A stretch of 64,000 bases of DNA from the NCBI RefSeq assembly GCF_009914755.1, contig NC_060947.1; one strand, written 5' to 3'. Made by a program: the position numbers and the translations under genes. Positions 1 to 18,590 of this stretch are shown in pieces. The stretch comes from the human T2T-CHM13v2.0 reference genome, Homo sapiens. The notes beneath the pieces are model-generated. The model searched no databases. It was not told the origin of the DNA and was given only the letters and a program-made list of their open reading frames with translations. How positions within the stretch are numbered: the stretch's first letter is position 1; each line of letters opens with the position of its first letter.

Positions 1-359
1 TTGCTTTGGATTAAACATTGAAAGATGAGAGCCAAGAGAGCTTATTAAGCTGAAATGAGGGCAAGTGATAAAAAAGTGATATTATGTCAACACTACATCT
101 GGAGGTCTGTTGTTGTTTCCATTTTAAATTCTAAATTGCAGTGTTTCTAAAAAAATTATCATCAAATGCCATAGTTTTGAAATATAGTACAAAAATTAAA
201 ACAGTTAATGCATCAATTGTGCTTGATAAATACAATTTGATTTGAAAGCCAAGCTAGGGTTTTCTCTACTTTGTTGAAATGTATTTCTTCTTAATGTACT
301 AGATTGTAAGATTTTGAAAGCTTTTGAAAAACATTATGTCTTATTTACTGCTGTATCTT

Positions 360-422
360 CAGGACTTTGACATAGTGTGTCCTGTAATAGGTGCTCAATA
401 AATATTTGTGAATAAATGAGTC
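360..422 (+). mobile_element. L2 3' end fragment
   Basis: taggtgctcaataaatatttgtgaataaatga motif. Confidence 0.6.
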
Positions 423-974
423 AATGCAAAGTATGGCAACACCTTCATAGTTACTGTAAAACACTCTAAGTGAGTTCCTGGGTACCGCTGATTTTGGTTG
501 ATGCCAGAAACTGTATCCACAGCTCCCTACCATTCAGAAGCACTGTGTGCTCATTGGCCTTCTTCTTTGCTTGGGGGAATCATCAGTCATTATTAAATAT
601 ATAAATTCCTGCAATGATCTACTTTGAAGTAGGCTATGTGGACTGTGGCATGTGTGAAGCAATTTGATTCCCAATTCTGAGGGTCTCCTGTAGGGGTGTT
701 TGATTTGAGACTCCGCTTAGAAACCACCATTTGTTTGCTGTGACCACAGCATCAGAAAACTGATGACCCATCATTATCCAACGATAATGCAGACCTCTTT
801 CATTTGCATTAGAGAATTTGCATCACTTCCAGGTATTCCCTATTGCTCATCGGAGTGATTTCATGTTTGCCAGATAGACTATATTGTGTTAGATCATCTA
901 AAACATAGCCTTCAAATTTGTTTAAATTAATCCCTCCATTGCAGTTATATTGGGGGATTTATTTTATGGAATAT

Positions 975-1170
975 CTAAGCATCTTACAAGCATTATCTTC
1001 TCAATCCTTATAACAAGTGTGTGGAAAAAGTTCTATGAAATATCTTCATTTTACAGACGAGAAAACTGAGGCACGGGAAGGTTAAGTGGCATACCTACAG
1101 TATGTGGAAGAGCCAGGTTTTGAAATTAGACAGTCTGGTTCCAGAGGGTGTGTTCTTAACCACCGTGCTG
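975..1170 (-). mobile_element. MIR
   Basis: Core cattttacagacgagaaaactgaggcac...gttaag. Confidence 0.8.
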
Positions 1171-1249
1171 TGAGTAAATAGGTGCCTGAGGTTCCCCTAA
1201 GGTCCCTGAAAATGAAGTATTTTGTATGCCACATCTATTTCATTGTTGT

Positions 1250-1420
1250 TTTTAGCTTTTAATCATAGTACAAAAAAGGTAACATAAAATTTACCATCTT
1301 AACTTTTTAAGTATAGAGTTTCAGTAGTGTTAAGTACATTCACATTATTTTGCAACAGATCTTTAGAACTTTGAGTTTTAAAAATTCTATACCCATTGTA
1401 CAACTCCTCATATCCCCTGT
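1250..1420 (-). mobile_element. L1MB-type 3' end fragment
   Basis: aacataaaatttaccatcttaac...gttaagtacattcaca motif. Confidence 0.7.
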
Positions 1421-1600
1421 CATATCTATTTTTAAGTACTATCATCCCAAACATAGCACCTCAATCTGATGAGAAGCTATCATACTATTATCACTTCAAA
1501 TATTAATAAACAGAGAAAGGAGAATTTTTGTATTTGCATAGATTAGTATATGCCCAGAATTCAAAATTTAGAAAAAATACGAATGCAGAAGAAATGGAGT

Positions 1601-2002
1601 TGTATTAATCCGTTCTCACATCGCTATAAGGAAATGCCTGAGACTGAGTCATTTATAAAGAAAGGGGGTTTAATTGGCTCACGATTTTGCAGGCTGGACA
1701 GGAAGCATAGTAGCTTCTGCATCTCGGGAGGCCTCAGGAAACTTATAATCATGGCAGAAGGTGAAGAGAAAGCAGTCAAGTCTCACATGCAGAGCAGGAG
1801 CTAGCAGGGGAGTGCCGCACACTTTTAAATGACCAGATCTCGTGAGAACTCTATCACTAGAACAGCACCAAGGGGATGGTGCTAACCATTCATGATGGAC
1901 CAAGCCCATGATCCAATCACCTCTCACCAGGCTCCACCTCCAACACTGGGGATTATAATGTGACATAAGATTTGGGTGGGGACAAAGATCCAAACCATAC
2001 CA
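1601..2002 (-). mobile_element. MSTA-like (ERVL-MaLR) solo LTR
   Basis: TG...CA termini and 5-bp TSD GGAGT (1596-1600, 2003-2007). Confidence 0.9.
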
Positions 2003-2272
2003 GGAGTGATTTGAAATAAAAAGAAATGTCTTAGTGATTTGTCTTCCTCTTGTTTCTCAGTTTGACCTTGGATATTTGCAGAAGAAAACTTTTCTGATGT
2101 AGTTTATCTGAATGACCTGTTCCTAAATCATGACTTCAGAAATATATTTTTAGTTAAAAGCCAAGAAAACAAAAAGTTATATTTAATTTACTTGTTTCTT
2201 AAACACATAAGTATTATGTTAACTTCTGCATAAAAATAAATTCTATTCAAACATTGATAAAAACAAAAAGTA

Positions 2273-2946
<674 letters not shown>

Positions 2947-3408
2947 TATAGACTTTTATATATGTATACATATTTAAAATTCTATGTAAACTGTAGATAG
3001 AATTTTAATCAGTAAGGTAAAAAACACGAATTTCATATAAATGCATGCAAAATTATACAATCTACGTTGAAGAAAATAAAAAGGACTGAAAAAGATATTT
3101 ATATTAATACATATTTTCAATTCTTAATTTTCTTTATGTTTGCCATCATATTTAATTCTCAAAAATAACCCTATATAATAGTTTGAAATGTGATGTAGTA
3201 AAGGATGCTAGGAAAATAGACTTAGATGGGTGGTGCTCAGGCAGAGAAGGTGAAAGGAGTTCCTGGGTGAGGGTCTTCATCAACACATAGAAGTGAGGGA
3301 GAGCATGGCACGTAGATAGCACCAATCGTTACAAATGGTCAGAGCCCTAGATTTGTGAATATGGAAGTGGTAGGAGACAGGGAGGAGAGATAGGCCAAAT
3401 CCGGATCA

Positions 3409-3770
<362 letters not shown>

Positions 3771-3821
3771 AATAAAGGAAGAAACTAACAGGAAAAATAC
3801 TTTTTTAAAAAAGAAAGAAAT

Positions 3822-4127
<306 letters not shown>

Positions 4128-4614
4128 TAGAAATGCAAGGAAGGATATTAATTAATCAAAGGATTGTGTCGTAGTTAGAAATGACACAGATAAAAATATT
4201 TTATCATAAATCCCTTTGCTAGTGTCAGGACCCATTCTGCTTCCAACTTCATAATATTATATTACCTTAAGTTGGGGGTTGATCAAATATTAAGAAGAAA
4301 GTCTGAGAATTTTTCTAAGGACCCCTTCTAGGTCCACAAGTCAGAGTAGAAGTAGTTTGGGATAACTGTATGCTGATAGATTTTGTGTTTTTAAAAACTA
4401 CTTGGTAATTATTTTGTCAGTTATTCTAGCATCAAATATTAAAGGTTCTGACAGTCGCAAGGAAGTGATCAATGATATTTGCAAATGCTAAAGAGAAGAT
4501 GATTACCAGCCATCCACAGGGATGATTCAAATAGCAAATATCATTATGGTAAAAACAAAATTTTCAACAAAAATAACTGTTTAAGAAGCACAGTTTTCTG
4601 ATATTTTTGATAGG

Positions 4615-4932
<318 letters not shown>

Positions 4933-5592
4933 TGATAGGTCATTTTTTAAAGTCACCTTCAATTCGAGAAAATCAGGAAGATAACATTTTTGAGTAATTT
5001 TATCTTTACACTTACATATAAAATATTTTTAAAGCATATATGCACATATATGAATTTATTCAAGTTTTTTTTAGGGGGAAAAGAGCTTGATCTAGTGATA
5101 TAGTTTATTAACTCACTCTGTTATCTTAACATATATTGTTTAGAAGCTGTGGAAATCATGTGTAATTAGCAAATATAATCAAAGTTATTTTATATCATAA
5201 TTATTTATTCTTCCCCTGCAATTCCCTGTTGTAATTTGTTTGTTTAATCAGTTCATCTAAACTTATCATTTTTCATTCATTTGTCCATTATAAGCCATGA
5301 AACTTTTACCTTTTCTCTCTCTTAATTATAATCTTGTCTGATGAGGACAAAATAACTGAGACAGAACAGAGGAGCAAGATGAATGGCAGACAGCAGGTGC
5401 ATTTGTATATTATGAAGTGTTTGCAAAATAATAAGCACCACATGAATAATGCATTTGAAGAATATTGTCTGGCAAATATTATTAAGAGTCATATATCCAA
5501 ATCATCCCACAATTACTGAAGAATGAAAAACAAAGTGTCTAATGCCTCTGGTTTTGTCAGACACAGAGAGAATCACCATATAGAGCTTCTAG

Positions 5593-5963
<371 letters not shown>

Positions 5964-6074
5964 TAAAAATTTATATATATATCTTTATACAAATGTATAT
6001 ATCTATATTTTATCATATTTATATGTATTATTTATATATTTGTATTTACTACATATATATGTGTATATATAATA

Positions 6075-6330
6075 CAGTTGGCCCTCCATATCTGTGGGTT
6101 CTGCAATTGCAGATTCAACCAACTACATATGGCAAATATTAATAAAAAGGATGATTATGTTTGCACTGAACATGTACAGTCTTTATTCTTGTTATACTTC
6201 ATGAAACAATACAGTGTAACAACTATTTACATAGGATTTATATTGTGTTAGGTATTGTAAGTAATCTAGAGATGATTTAAAGTACACTAGAGGATGTGTA
6301 TAGGTTATATGCAAAGACTGTGCTATTTTT
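6075..6330 (-). mobile_element. MER2 fragment
   Basis: ta-cagttggccctcc terminus, homologous to 2273-2946. Confidence 0.8.
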
Positions 6331-6414
6331 TTATATATTTTATGTATGTATACCTAGCAAGGTAAAATACTGACACAATTCAAAAAATGAAGGAAAACCT
6401 CAGAAACGCTTTGA

Positions 6415-6794
<380 letters not shown>

Positions 6795-6796
6795 TC

Positions 6797-6825
6797 TGTG
6801 TATGTGTGTGTGTGTGTGTGTGTGT
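6797..6825. repeat. (TG)n microsatellite
   Basis: Directly visible. Confidence 0.9.
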
Positions 6826-6852
6826 TGAAAGAGAGAAAACATAAAGTAGGAC

Positions 6853-7668
<816 letters not shown>

Positions 7669-7795
7669 TGGGGGAAACTGACCCCATGATTCAAGTATCT
7701 CCACCTGGCCCCACCCTTGACACTTGGGGATTATTACAACTCAAGGGGATTATTACAATTCAAGATTTGGGTGGGGATACGGCAAAATCATATCA
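7669..7795 (-). mobile_element. Truncated THE1/MST (ERVL-MaLR) LTR, 5' ~125 bp only
   Basis: Reverse complement starts TGATATGATTTTGCCGTATCCCCACCCAAATC, the typical THE1/MST start. Contains a 19-bp tandem duplication at 7726-7763. Confidence 0.85.
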
Positions 7796-8934
7796 CTTAG
7801 CTCAGGAGAAGGTGGACAATGAGACAGCTCCAGATCCTAATTCAGAGAAGATGTAGAATATCTCTTGCAGCATTATTTCACTGAGCCTGTATTCACCTTT
7901 TGCTTTTTATAGGCTGATCATTTCAGAAATTCTCCCTACCTCGGACTCCTTGTCATGTGGTCCTTATTTATTCGCTGTCTCTCCTGAGTTTGGCTAGCTC
8001 ATGTCGTATATGTTGTTGTTTGTCCTTTTTTATTTAGAGTTTTAAAAATTTATGATTCATGGTGTCTTTCCAACTTTGCAATGGCTTATTTAAGTATAAA
8101 ATTTATTTAAAAACAAAACATTAAAAGTTATGAGTGAATAAGAACCAGAAAAAATTTTTTCGTAAATTTCCTTTTAGAGTGTCAAAATACAATTTTTCTC
8201 TGTTTTACCTTGTGTGTGGATGTTTATCTGTGTATTGTTTTTGCAATGTTTTTATCTGCTTAATTAATATTCGGCTATTGGCTTTTTTTTTCTCAGAACA
8301 GTAATAGAAGATACGTTTTTGAAGTGGTAGGATATGAAGATGACATAGCTTACTTAATTTCATAGTTCAAGACCAGCTTCTTTTGTTGCCATTATGACAT
8401 GAAGTATTTTTTTTATTGTTAACTGTTGTTATTGGTGGTGGTGGTATTTTAAATAAATAGTACACTTTTCCACAAGCCTTGCGTCTCCTGATTCTTTGAC
8501 ACTCTTGGGTCATTAGGATCCTTCAACTTTAGTCTGTTCTTTTTTTTTTCCCTTAGCCATAAGTCTTCAAAGAATACATTTCTTCTCAAAAGTGCTTCCC
8601 TGTTCCTAAAAGGAGATGTTTACTTCTGGTCCTAAATTCTTTTTATGCTCCTTTCTTTTGATTGCCCACAACCAGTGCTCTAATCTACCTAGTTTCAAAT
8701 ATTATCTCAGTATTTCCCAATCCAGCATTGGGCCTCAATCACCTCCTACAAATTATTAAGAATAAGAAAAATACCTCCGGAGGAAAATTAGGTCAAAATA
8801 AATATTCATTAAAATATATAAATAATATTTACATATATGAAAAGATGCTCAACCTCACAATAATAGAGTTGCAAGTTAAGACTAAAATAAAAGGCTATAT
8901 TTTTGTATTTTCTTTTTCTCTTTTTCCTTGTATT

Positions 8935-9497
<563 letters not shown>

Positions 9498-11929
9498 CTA
9501 AATGTACTTTTTAAAAAACTAAACTTAGATACAGGGGGTACGTGTGCATATTTATTACATGGGTATATTGTGTGATGATAAGATTGGGGTATGGATCCCA
9601 TCACCCAGGTAAGTGAGCATAGTACCCGATAGGTAGTTTTTCAAAGCACACTCTGTCCTTCCCTTTCCCTCTAGTAATCCACAGTGTCTATTGTTCCCAT
9701 GTTTATGTCCATGAGTGCTCAATATTTAGCTCCCACTTATAAATGAGAACATTTGGTATTTGATTTTCTGTTTCTTCATTAGTTCGCTGAGGATATTGGC
9801 CTCTAGCTGCATCCATGTTGCTACAAAAGACATGATTTCATTCTTTTTAATGGCTGCATAGTATTCTGTGGTGCATATGTACCCATTTTCTTTATCCAAT
9901 CCACCATTGATGGGCACCTAAGTTGATTCCATGTCTTTGCTATTGTGAATAGCATGGTGATGAACATATAAGTGCATGTGTCTTTTTGGTAGAATGATTT
10001 ATTTTCCTCTGGGTATATACCAAATAATGGGATTGCTGGATTGAATGTTCTTTGAGAAGTCTCCAAGCTGTTTTCCACAGCAGCTGAACTAATTTACATT
10101 CCCACCAAAAGTGCACAAGAGTTCTCTTTTCTCCAGAGCCTCATCAACATCTGTTATTTTTTGGCATTTTAATAACAACCATTCTGACTGGTATGAGGTG
10201 GTATTTCATTGTGGCTTTGATTTGCATTTCTCTGATAATTAGTGATGATGAGCATTTGTTCATATGTTTGTTGGTTGCTTGTATGTCTTCCTTTGAGAAG
10301 TGTCTGTTCATATCCTTTGCCCATGTTTAATTGAGTTATTTGTTTTTTGCCTGTTGATTTAAGTTTCTTATAGATTCTGAATATTAGACTTTCGCCAAAT
10401 GCATAGTTGTGAATATTTTCTCATTCTGTAGGTTGCCTGTTCACTCTGTTGATAGTTTATGTTGCTGTGCAGAAGCTCTTTAATTAGGTCCCACTTGTCA
10501 ATTTTTGGTTTCGTTGCAATTGCTTTTCAAGACTTTGCCAGAAATTATTTGTCAGTGCCCATGTTGAGAAGGCTGTTTCCTAGGTTTTCTTCTAGAATTT
10601 TCATAGTTTGAGGCCTTACATTTAAGTCTTTAATCCATCTGGGGTTAATTTTTGCATATGGTGAAAGGTAGGGGTCCAGTTTCATTATTCTGCATATGGC
10701 TAGCCAGTTATCCCAGCACCATTTATTGAATAGGAAGTCCGTTCCCCATTGCTTTTGTTAGCCCCATCAAAGATCAGATTGTTGTAGGTGTGCAGCTTTA
10801 TTTCTGAGTTTTCTGTTCTATTCCATTGGTCTATGTGTCTTTTTTTTTTTTTTTTTTTTTTTGTACCAATACATGCTGCTTTGGTTACTGTAGCCTTATG
10901 GTATAGTTCAAAGTCAGGTAGTGTGATGACTCTGGCTTTGTTCTTTTTGCTTAGGATTGCTTTAGCTATTCAGGCTCTGTTTTGGCTCCACATGGATTTT
11001 AGAATCGTTTTTCTAATTCTGTGAAAAATGACACTTGTAGTTTGATAGAAATAGCATTGAGTATGTAAATTGCTTTGGGCAGTATGGCTACTTTAACAAT
11101 ATTGATTCTTCCAATCCATTAGCATGGAATGTTTTGCATTTATTTGTGTAATCTCTTAGTTCTTTCAGCAATGTTTTTTAGTTCTCCTTGTAGAGATCTT
11201 TCACTACTCTGGTTAAATATATTCCTAGGTATTTTTTTGTTACTACTGTAAATGGGATTATGTTGTGATCTGATTCCCAGCTTGGATGTTATTGATGTAT
11301 AGAAATGCTACTGATTTTTGTAAATTGATTTTGTATCCTGAAACTTTACTGAAGTTGTTTATCAGTTCCAGGAGGCTTTTGGCTGAGTCTTTCGGATTTT
11401 CTAGGTATAGAATTATATCATCAGAAAAGAGAGAGAGTTTGAATTCTTATTTTCCTGTTTGGATGCCTTTTGTGTCTTTCTCTTGCCTGATTACTCTGGC
11501 TAGGACTTCTAGTACTACATTGAATAGGAGTGGTCAGAATGGGTATCCTTGTCTTGTTACAGTTTCGTGGGGGATGGTCCCAGCTTTTGTCCATTCATTG
11601 TGATGTTGGCTATGGGTTTGTCATAGATGGTTCTCAGTACTTTGAGGTATGTTCCTTCAATGCTTAGTTCTTTGATGTTGTTGTTGTTGTTTTAATCAGG
11701 AATAGATTTTGGATTTTATCAAAAGCTTTTTCCAGTTCAATGAGGTGATCATATGGTTTTTGTTTTTAATTATCTTTATGTGGTAAATTGCATTTATTGA
11801 TTTTTGTATTTTGAACCACCTTGCATCCCAGGAACAAAGCCAACTTGATTATGGTGAGTTAAGTTTTTAATTTTTCATTTGTTTTTATTTTTTTTAATTT
11901 TTAATGTTTTGTTGTGATGACCTCTCTTT

Positions 11930-11933
<4 letters not shown>

Positions 11934-11960
<27 letters not shown>

Positions 11961-12071
11961 TGACGAGGTCTCTTTGTTGCTGAGGCTGGTCTCAAACTCC
12001 TGGCCTCAGGCAGTCCTCCCTCCTCAGCTTCCCAAAGTCCCGTGATAAAGGTTTGAGCCACAATGCCTGGC
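11934..12071 (-). mobile_element. FLAM/Alu monomer
   Basis: polyT followed by left-monomer sequence. Confidence 0.8.
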
Positions 12072-12348
12072 TGTTTTTAACGTGCTGCTGGATACAGTTT
12101 GGTAGTATTTTGTTGAGAATTTTTGTATCTATTTTCATCAGTGATATAGGCCTGAAGTTTTCTTTTTTTGTCGTGCCTCTGCTTGGTTTTGGTAGCAGGC
12201 TGATGCTACCTTCGTATAATGAGTTAGGGAGGGGACCTTCCTCCTTGATTTTTTGAAATAGTTCCAGTAAGATTGGTACCAGTTCTTCTTTCTACATCTG
12301 GTAAAATTTGACTGTGAATCCATCTGATCCAGGGCTTTTTCTGGTTGG

Positions 12349-12384
<36 letters not shown>

Positions 12385-12391
12385 GAGGAGG

Positions 12392-12474
12392 TTATTTTAT
12401 TTTATTATTTATTTTTTGAGACAGGTTCTCTCTGCTGCTCAGGCTGGAGTGCAGTGGCACAATGGGCTCAAGCA
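12392..12474 (-). mobile_element. Short Alu 3' fragment with TSD-like flanks
   Basis: ggctggagtgcagtggc core, flanked by ttgaggaggttatttt / ttgaggagttcatttt. Confidence 0.8.
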
Positions 12475-13224
12475 ATTGAGGAGTTCATTTTAAATGTATA
12501 GTGTAATCCACATCTAAGCTCTGTTTGCAGAATGAGAGGTTGATGAAAGAAAGCTCAATGAAGCTGCAGAGTCTTAATCTTGCTTTTGGTCGCACCAGCC
12601 CTGGCAGGACCTCGTTCACAAAGACAGAGAATTAACATTTGTCGAATGAATGAAGGAGATGCCGTACAAAGATTGTATGGTTCCTTTCAGAGCCTAAATA
12701 TTTAATAGGTGGGTCACTGAGGGTCTGAACTAGAATATTTGATAAGCAGACATCCAGGGTTGAGTGTTAGATGTTCTGCAGGGAGATGGATGGAGGGGTA
12801 CCTACAGGGTTCTGCAAGCTCAGTAATAGATGTTGTTGAAGAAGAAATATAAGTTAGAGACAGGACAGGACACACAGAGAATGCACCTCTTTGGGGTCAA
12901 TAAAAAAAGGGAATGAGCCCAGAGGAAGCACTCAAGATCAGTTGCAAATTGATATCCCAAATGTTTTGGAATACTTCTAGGAAAAAACTCTCCTACATTT
13001 CAAAGTCCAGATAATACTGACTCCACCCTCTGGCACAGAGGACTTCTATGGCAACATAGCACAGGAGTGGTACATGAAGGCAAAGTCCATTTGTCTTAGC
13101 TCATATCAAATGGTAAAGCAGAGCTTCTTTTATTTTAATTTAGCTATTCAAGCTGCTGAAGCTATACCCAAAATCCCTAGCCCTTTCTCTGATATGAGTC
13201 TCTGTGTTTCCATATTGGGAGCAA

Positions 13225-13528
<304 letters not shown>

Positions 13529-14439
13529 GCAATTGTTTTTTATAACTAGAAATGTGTTTGGCTTTCCTCCAACAAACCAGGAAGGTCAAGAGATATGTTC
13601 TAGATACCTCTTTGTGGTTGCTTAATGCAGAGCTCATGCAGACACATCTGCAAACCTAAGGAAACGACCCTCTAAGGACTGGTTAGCCACTTAAAATGTG
13701 GGCCAAGATAGGCTATTAAATTCGAATCCTCACTGCTTCATTACAGCTTCCTCACATTGTTAGCCTACAAACTAAGTTAAGGACACACTTAAATTCCAGA
13801 AGTTGATATTAGTCTATTCAGAGTTTTAATCTCTTCTTGATTCAGTCTTGGGAGATTGTGTGTTTTCAGGAATTTATCCATTTCCCCTAGATTTTCTAAT
13901 TTGTTTGCATAGAGTTGTTCATAGTAGTCTCTGAGGATCTTTTATATTTCTGTGGAATTAGTTGTAATGTCATCTTTGTCATTTCTGATTGTACTTATTT
14001 GGATCTTCTGTTTTTTTCTTTGTTAATTAAGCTAGTGGTCTATCGATCTTGTTTATTCTTTCAAAGAACCAACTCTCAGTTTTATTGATCTGTTGAATGG
14101 ATTTTTCCATCTTAGTTTCATACAGTTTTCTCTAGTTTTAGTTATTTATTTTCTTTTCTTCTCCTAGTTTTAGGGTTTGTTTGTTCTTTTATTTCCTAGT
14201 TCATTTAGGTACAAAGTTAGATGATTGTTAATTTGAGATCTTTCTAACTTCTTGATGAAGGTGTTTATCACTATAAACTTTCCTCTAAACACCACTTTAG
14301 CTGCATTCCAGAGATTTTGATAAGATATATCCCGATTTTCATTAATTTCAAAGTATATTTTGGTTTCTGCCTTCATTTCAGTGTTCACCCAGGAGTTATT
14401 CAGGGGTAAGTTGTCTAATTTTTGTGTATTTGTATAGTT

Positions 14440-14735
14440 TTATTTTTTTTTTTAGAAAGTGTCTCACTCTGTTAACCAGGCTGGAGTGCAGTGGCATGAT
14501 CATGGGTCACTGCAGCCTCAATCTCCCCAGGCTCAGGTGATCCTCACTAGCCACCCAGATAGCTGGAGAACTATAGGTGCACATCACCATTCCTGGCTAC
14601 TTTTTTTGCATTTTTTTGTAGAGATGGGGTTTCACCATGTCACCCAGGCTGTTCTTGAACTCCTGGGCTCAAACAATCCACCCACTTTGGCCTCCCAAAA
14701 TGCTAGGATTATAAGTGTCAGCCACTGTGCCCTGC
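14440..14735 (-). mobile_element. AluJ
   Basis: Diverged dimer inside the L1. Confidence 0.9.
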
Positions 14736-17700
14736 TTATTTGTGTCGTTTTGAGAGACCTTCTTGATAGTGATTTCTATTTTTATTGTACTGTGGTCTGA
14801 GAGTGTGCTTGACATGATTTTGATTGTTTTGAATTTACTGAGACTTGCTTTATGACTAAGCATGTGGTTTATCTTAGAATATGCTTCATGTATAGATGAG
14901 AAGAATGTATAGTCTATGGTTGTTGGATGGAGTGTTCTGTAGATGTCTGTTAGGTTCAATTGGTTGAGTGTCAAGTATAAGCCTTGATGATCTGTTTATC
15001 ACCCTGCTGTCAGTGGGTATTGACATCTCCCATTATTGTTGTGTAGCTGTCTCAGTCTTTTTGTAGGTCAAGAAGAACTTGTTTTATGAATCTGGGTGCT
15101 CCAATGTTGGGTGCATATATATTAAGGATAGTTAAGGCTTCTTGTTGGAGTGTAACTGTTATCATTATGTAATGCCCTTCTTTGTCCTTCTTTATTGTTA
15201 TTGGTTTAAAATCTGTTTTATCTAATACAAGAATGATGACTCCCACTGTCTTTTGTTTTCTGTTTGCATGGTAACTCTTTCTGCATCCCTTTACTTTGAG
15301 TCTGTGGGGGTGTCATTAGATGTAAAGATGGGTCTCTTAAAAACAGAAGATGATTGAGTCTTTTATTTGTATCCAGCTTGCCACTCTATGTCTTTTAAGT
15401 GGGACATGTAGCCTATTTACATTCGGGGTTAGTATTGATAGATGAGATTTTGATCCTTTCATCATGTAGTTAGCTGGTTGTTATGTAGACTTGATTGCAT
15501 AGTTGCTTTTTAGTGTCTGTGGGCTATGTGCTTAAGTGTGTTTTTGTGGTAGCAAGTGTTGTTCTTTCAATTTCATGTTTAGCATTCCCTTAAGGACCTC
15601 TTATGAGGCTGGTCTAGTTAAAACTAATTCCCTCAGCATTTGCTCATCTAAGAAAGATCTTTTTTCTCCTTCACTTATGAAGCTTAATTTGGTAAGATAT
15701 AAAATTATTGGTTGAAATTTATTTTCTCTAAGAGTGCTGAAAATAGGCTGCCAATTTTTTCTGGCTTGTGAGTTTCTGCATCAAGGTCTGCTGCTATCCT
15801 AATGGAGTTCCCTCTGTACATGACCTGAGCCCTCTCTCTAGCTGCCTTTACATTTTTTTCTTTTGGATTGACCTTTGTGAATCTGATGACTATGTGCCTT
15901 GGGGATGGTCATCTTGTGTAGTATCTAGCTGGAGTTCCTTGTATTTCCTGAATTTGTACGTCAACTTCTCTAGTGAGATTAAGAAAATTTTTGTGAACTA
16001 TATCCTCAAACATATTTTTTAAGTTGCTTATTCTCTCTTCTTCTCTCTCAGGAATGCCATATTGGTCATAGATTTGGCCACTGCACATAATTCCCTATTT
16101 CTTTGAGGTTTTTTTTTTTTTTCATTTTAAAAATTATTATTTTTTCTTTATTTTTGTCTGATTGAGTTGATTCAAAGAACAAGTCTTTGAGCTATGAGAT
16201 TCTTTTCTCAGTTTGGTCTATTCTGCTATTAATACTTTTGATTTTATTATAAAATTCTTCTAGTAATTTTTCAGCTCTAGAAATTCAGTTTGATTCTTTC
16301 TTGAAATGGTTATTTATCTTTCAGTTCTTGCATGATTTTACTTGATTCATTGGATTCCTTGGATTGGGTTTCAACTGTCTCCTGAATCTCAATGAGCTTC
16401 CTTGCCAGCCAGGTTCTGAATTTTATGTCTGTCATTTTAGTCGTGTCAGGCTGTTTAAGAAGCATTGCTGGGGAGCTGGTTTGCTTATTTGGAAGTAAGA
16501 GGATACTCTGGCTTTTTAAGTTGCTACAGTTATTGCACTGATTCTTTCTCCTCTGGGAGGACTAGTGTTCTTCTATCTGTGGTGTAAGTTGGGTATAGTT
16601 GGTTGTCTTTGTTTCTGCGTGTTTTCTGAGGGTCAAGGTTCTGTATAATGTCTTTATTTATGGCTTAATTCTTGCCCATGGTTTCACAGGAGGATATATT
16701 AGCAAAATGTTTTTGGTGCTGTAGTTTGGGCTGCAATCCTGTAGATGGTACATAGGAATAACGGTCAGTAGATAGGCTCTTACTCAGCTGTGCAGCTCCT
16801 GTGTATTTCCTTGCATTTGCAGCCATGCTCTGTGGTATAGGGGGGAGAAGAGATGACCTCCTCACCAGGCCTGCTCCTGGGTCTTAGGAAACCCCTCTGA
16901 TTACTTCCACCATGCCCACATTTATTTTGTTAGGTATTCTGGGCCATGGGCCTCCCTTGGGCAGAGGCTATAACATGGAGATAGACTACTCCCTTTCTGG
17001 ACTGGCCTTGCAGAGGGAGGCATGCCTCACTCCCATGCCAGTCCATGAACCCATGTGTTTCACCCATTTCAGTGCTGTGAGAGTGGGCTCCTCCCCCACT
17101 AGAGTGTTGCATACAGATCTCAGCTTAGCATTCCCGAACTGTGCACCACAGCCTTGGGGCACCAGGACTGGCTCGCAGCTCTATCCTCTAGACGTTCAGG
17201 GTTGGTTTCTGGGTGCACTGGGAAATCCAAAGTGCTCCCAGGCTGCTGTGAATGTACTCAGGTGAAGCAAAGCATCCAGGCTGGGCAGCATAGGCTGTGC
17301 CATGTATACATTCCTGTGTGGGGGAATGGGGGGTATCCAGGTAGAGGCTCTGGGAAGGGCTTTTGGGCAGGAGAGCCTGCGAAGTAGACATACCCTAGTC
17401 CTGCAGGAAAGCCAGCCCCACTTTCTCCTGGCCTGGCAGTCAGTTGGGCCTAGAGATTCTCAGAGGAAAATGGGGATCCCTGTGGGATGGGCACCTACCT
17501 AAGGCCATGCCCTACTGGAGCTCTCCCACACAGAAAGGCTCCTGGCTTTGCACCAGCTGAAGCGTTGTCTCTACCTACTCTCTGGGTAGATTCCCCTGCC
17601 AGCTCAAATGTCTGTGGGGGACATGGAATCCCCTGTAGCTAGGATCCCAGAGGTTCACAGTGAGAGTGGGCAGTCCCACAGCTTCTTTACTCACCCCTTT

Positions 17701-17934
17701 CCCAGGAGCCATTTGGAGCCGAAAACTAGCCATAACGTTCAGGTACCTTATACACGGTTCCCAGATTCCTCTCTCTTCAGCCTCAGTGCCTGCGTCACAT
17801 TTCCATCCACTCTTGGCATTTTTCTCTCCAAAGATGTATTCAAATTATGTTGCTTTACTTAACATTTTGGTCCCTCTTGGCGGGAACAGTGCTTTCTAGC
17901 TGTGTCTAGTAAGCCATCTTGTCCCACTTCCTAG

Positions 17935-18165
17935 CTGTATTTTTTTTTATCTGTTAACCATCCTTTGGCTATCCCTCTCCCTTCCCTACCCTTCCCTGCC
18001 TCTGATAACCACTATTCTACTCTTTACTTCATGAGATGTATTTTTTAGCTTCCACATACATGTGAGACAAATATAAGCGGTATTTGTCTTTCTGTACCTG
18101 ACCTATTTCACTTAATGTACTCCAGGCTCATTCATGTTACCATGAAAGACAGAATTTTGTTCTAA
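17935..18165 (-). mobile_element. L1MA 3' end, part 2
   Basis: cctctgataaccactattctactctttacttc motif, continuing the 8935-9192 piece. Confidence 0.78.
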
Positions 18166-18224
18166 AAGACCATTCTTTTTTTTTTTTTTCCTACTAGATT
18201 ACTGAAGATCGGAACATTTCATAG

Positions 18225-18590
<366 letters not shown>

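Noticed and set aside
7796-7990. Possible continuation of the SUPT20H retrocopy beyond the LTR stub (SGAVSLSTFS*AK vs SGSASLSQVSPGK)
   Set aside because: The similarity is too weak to support by eye and needs an alignment.
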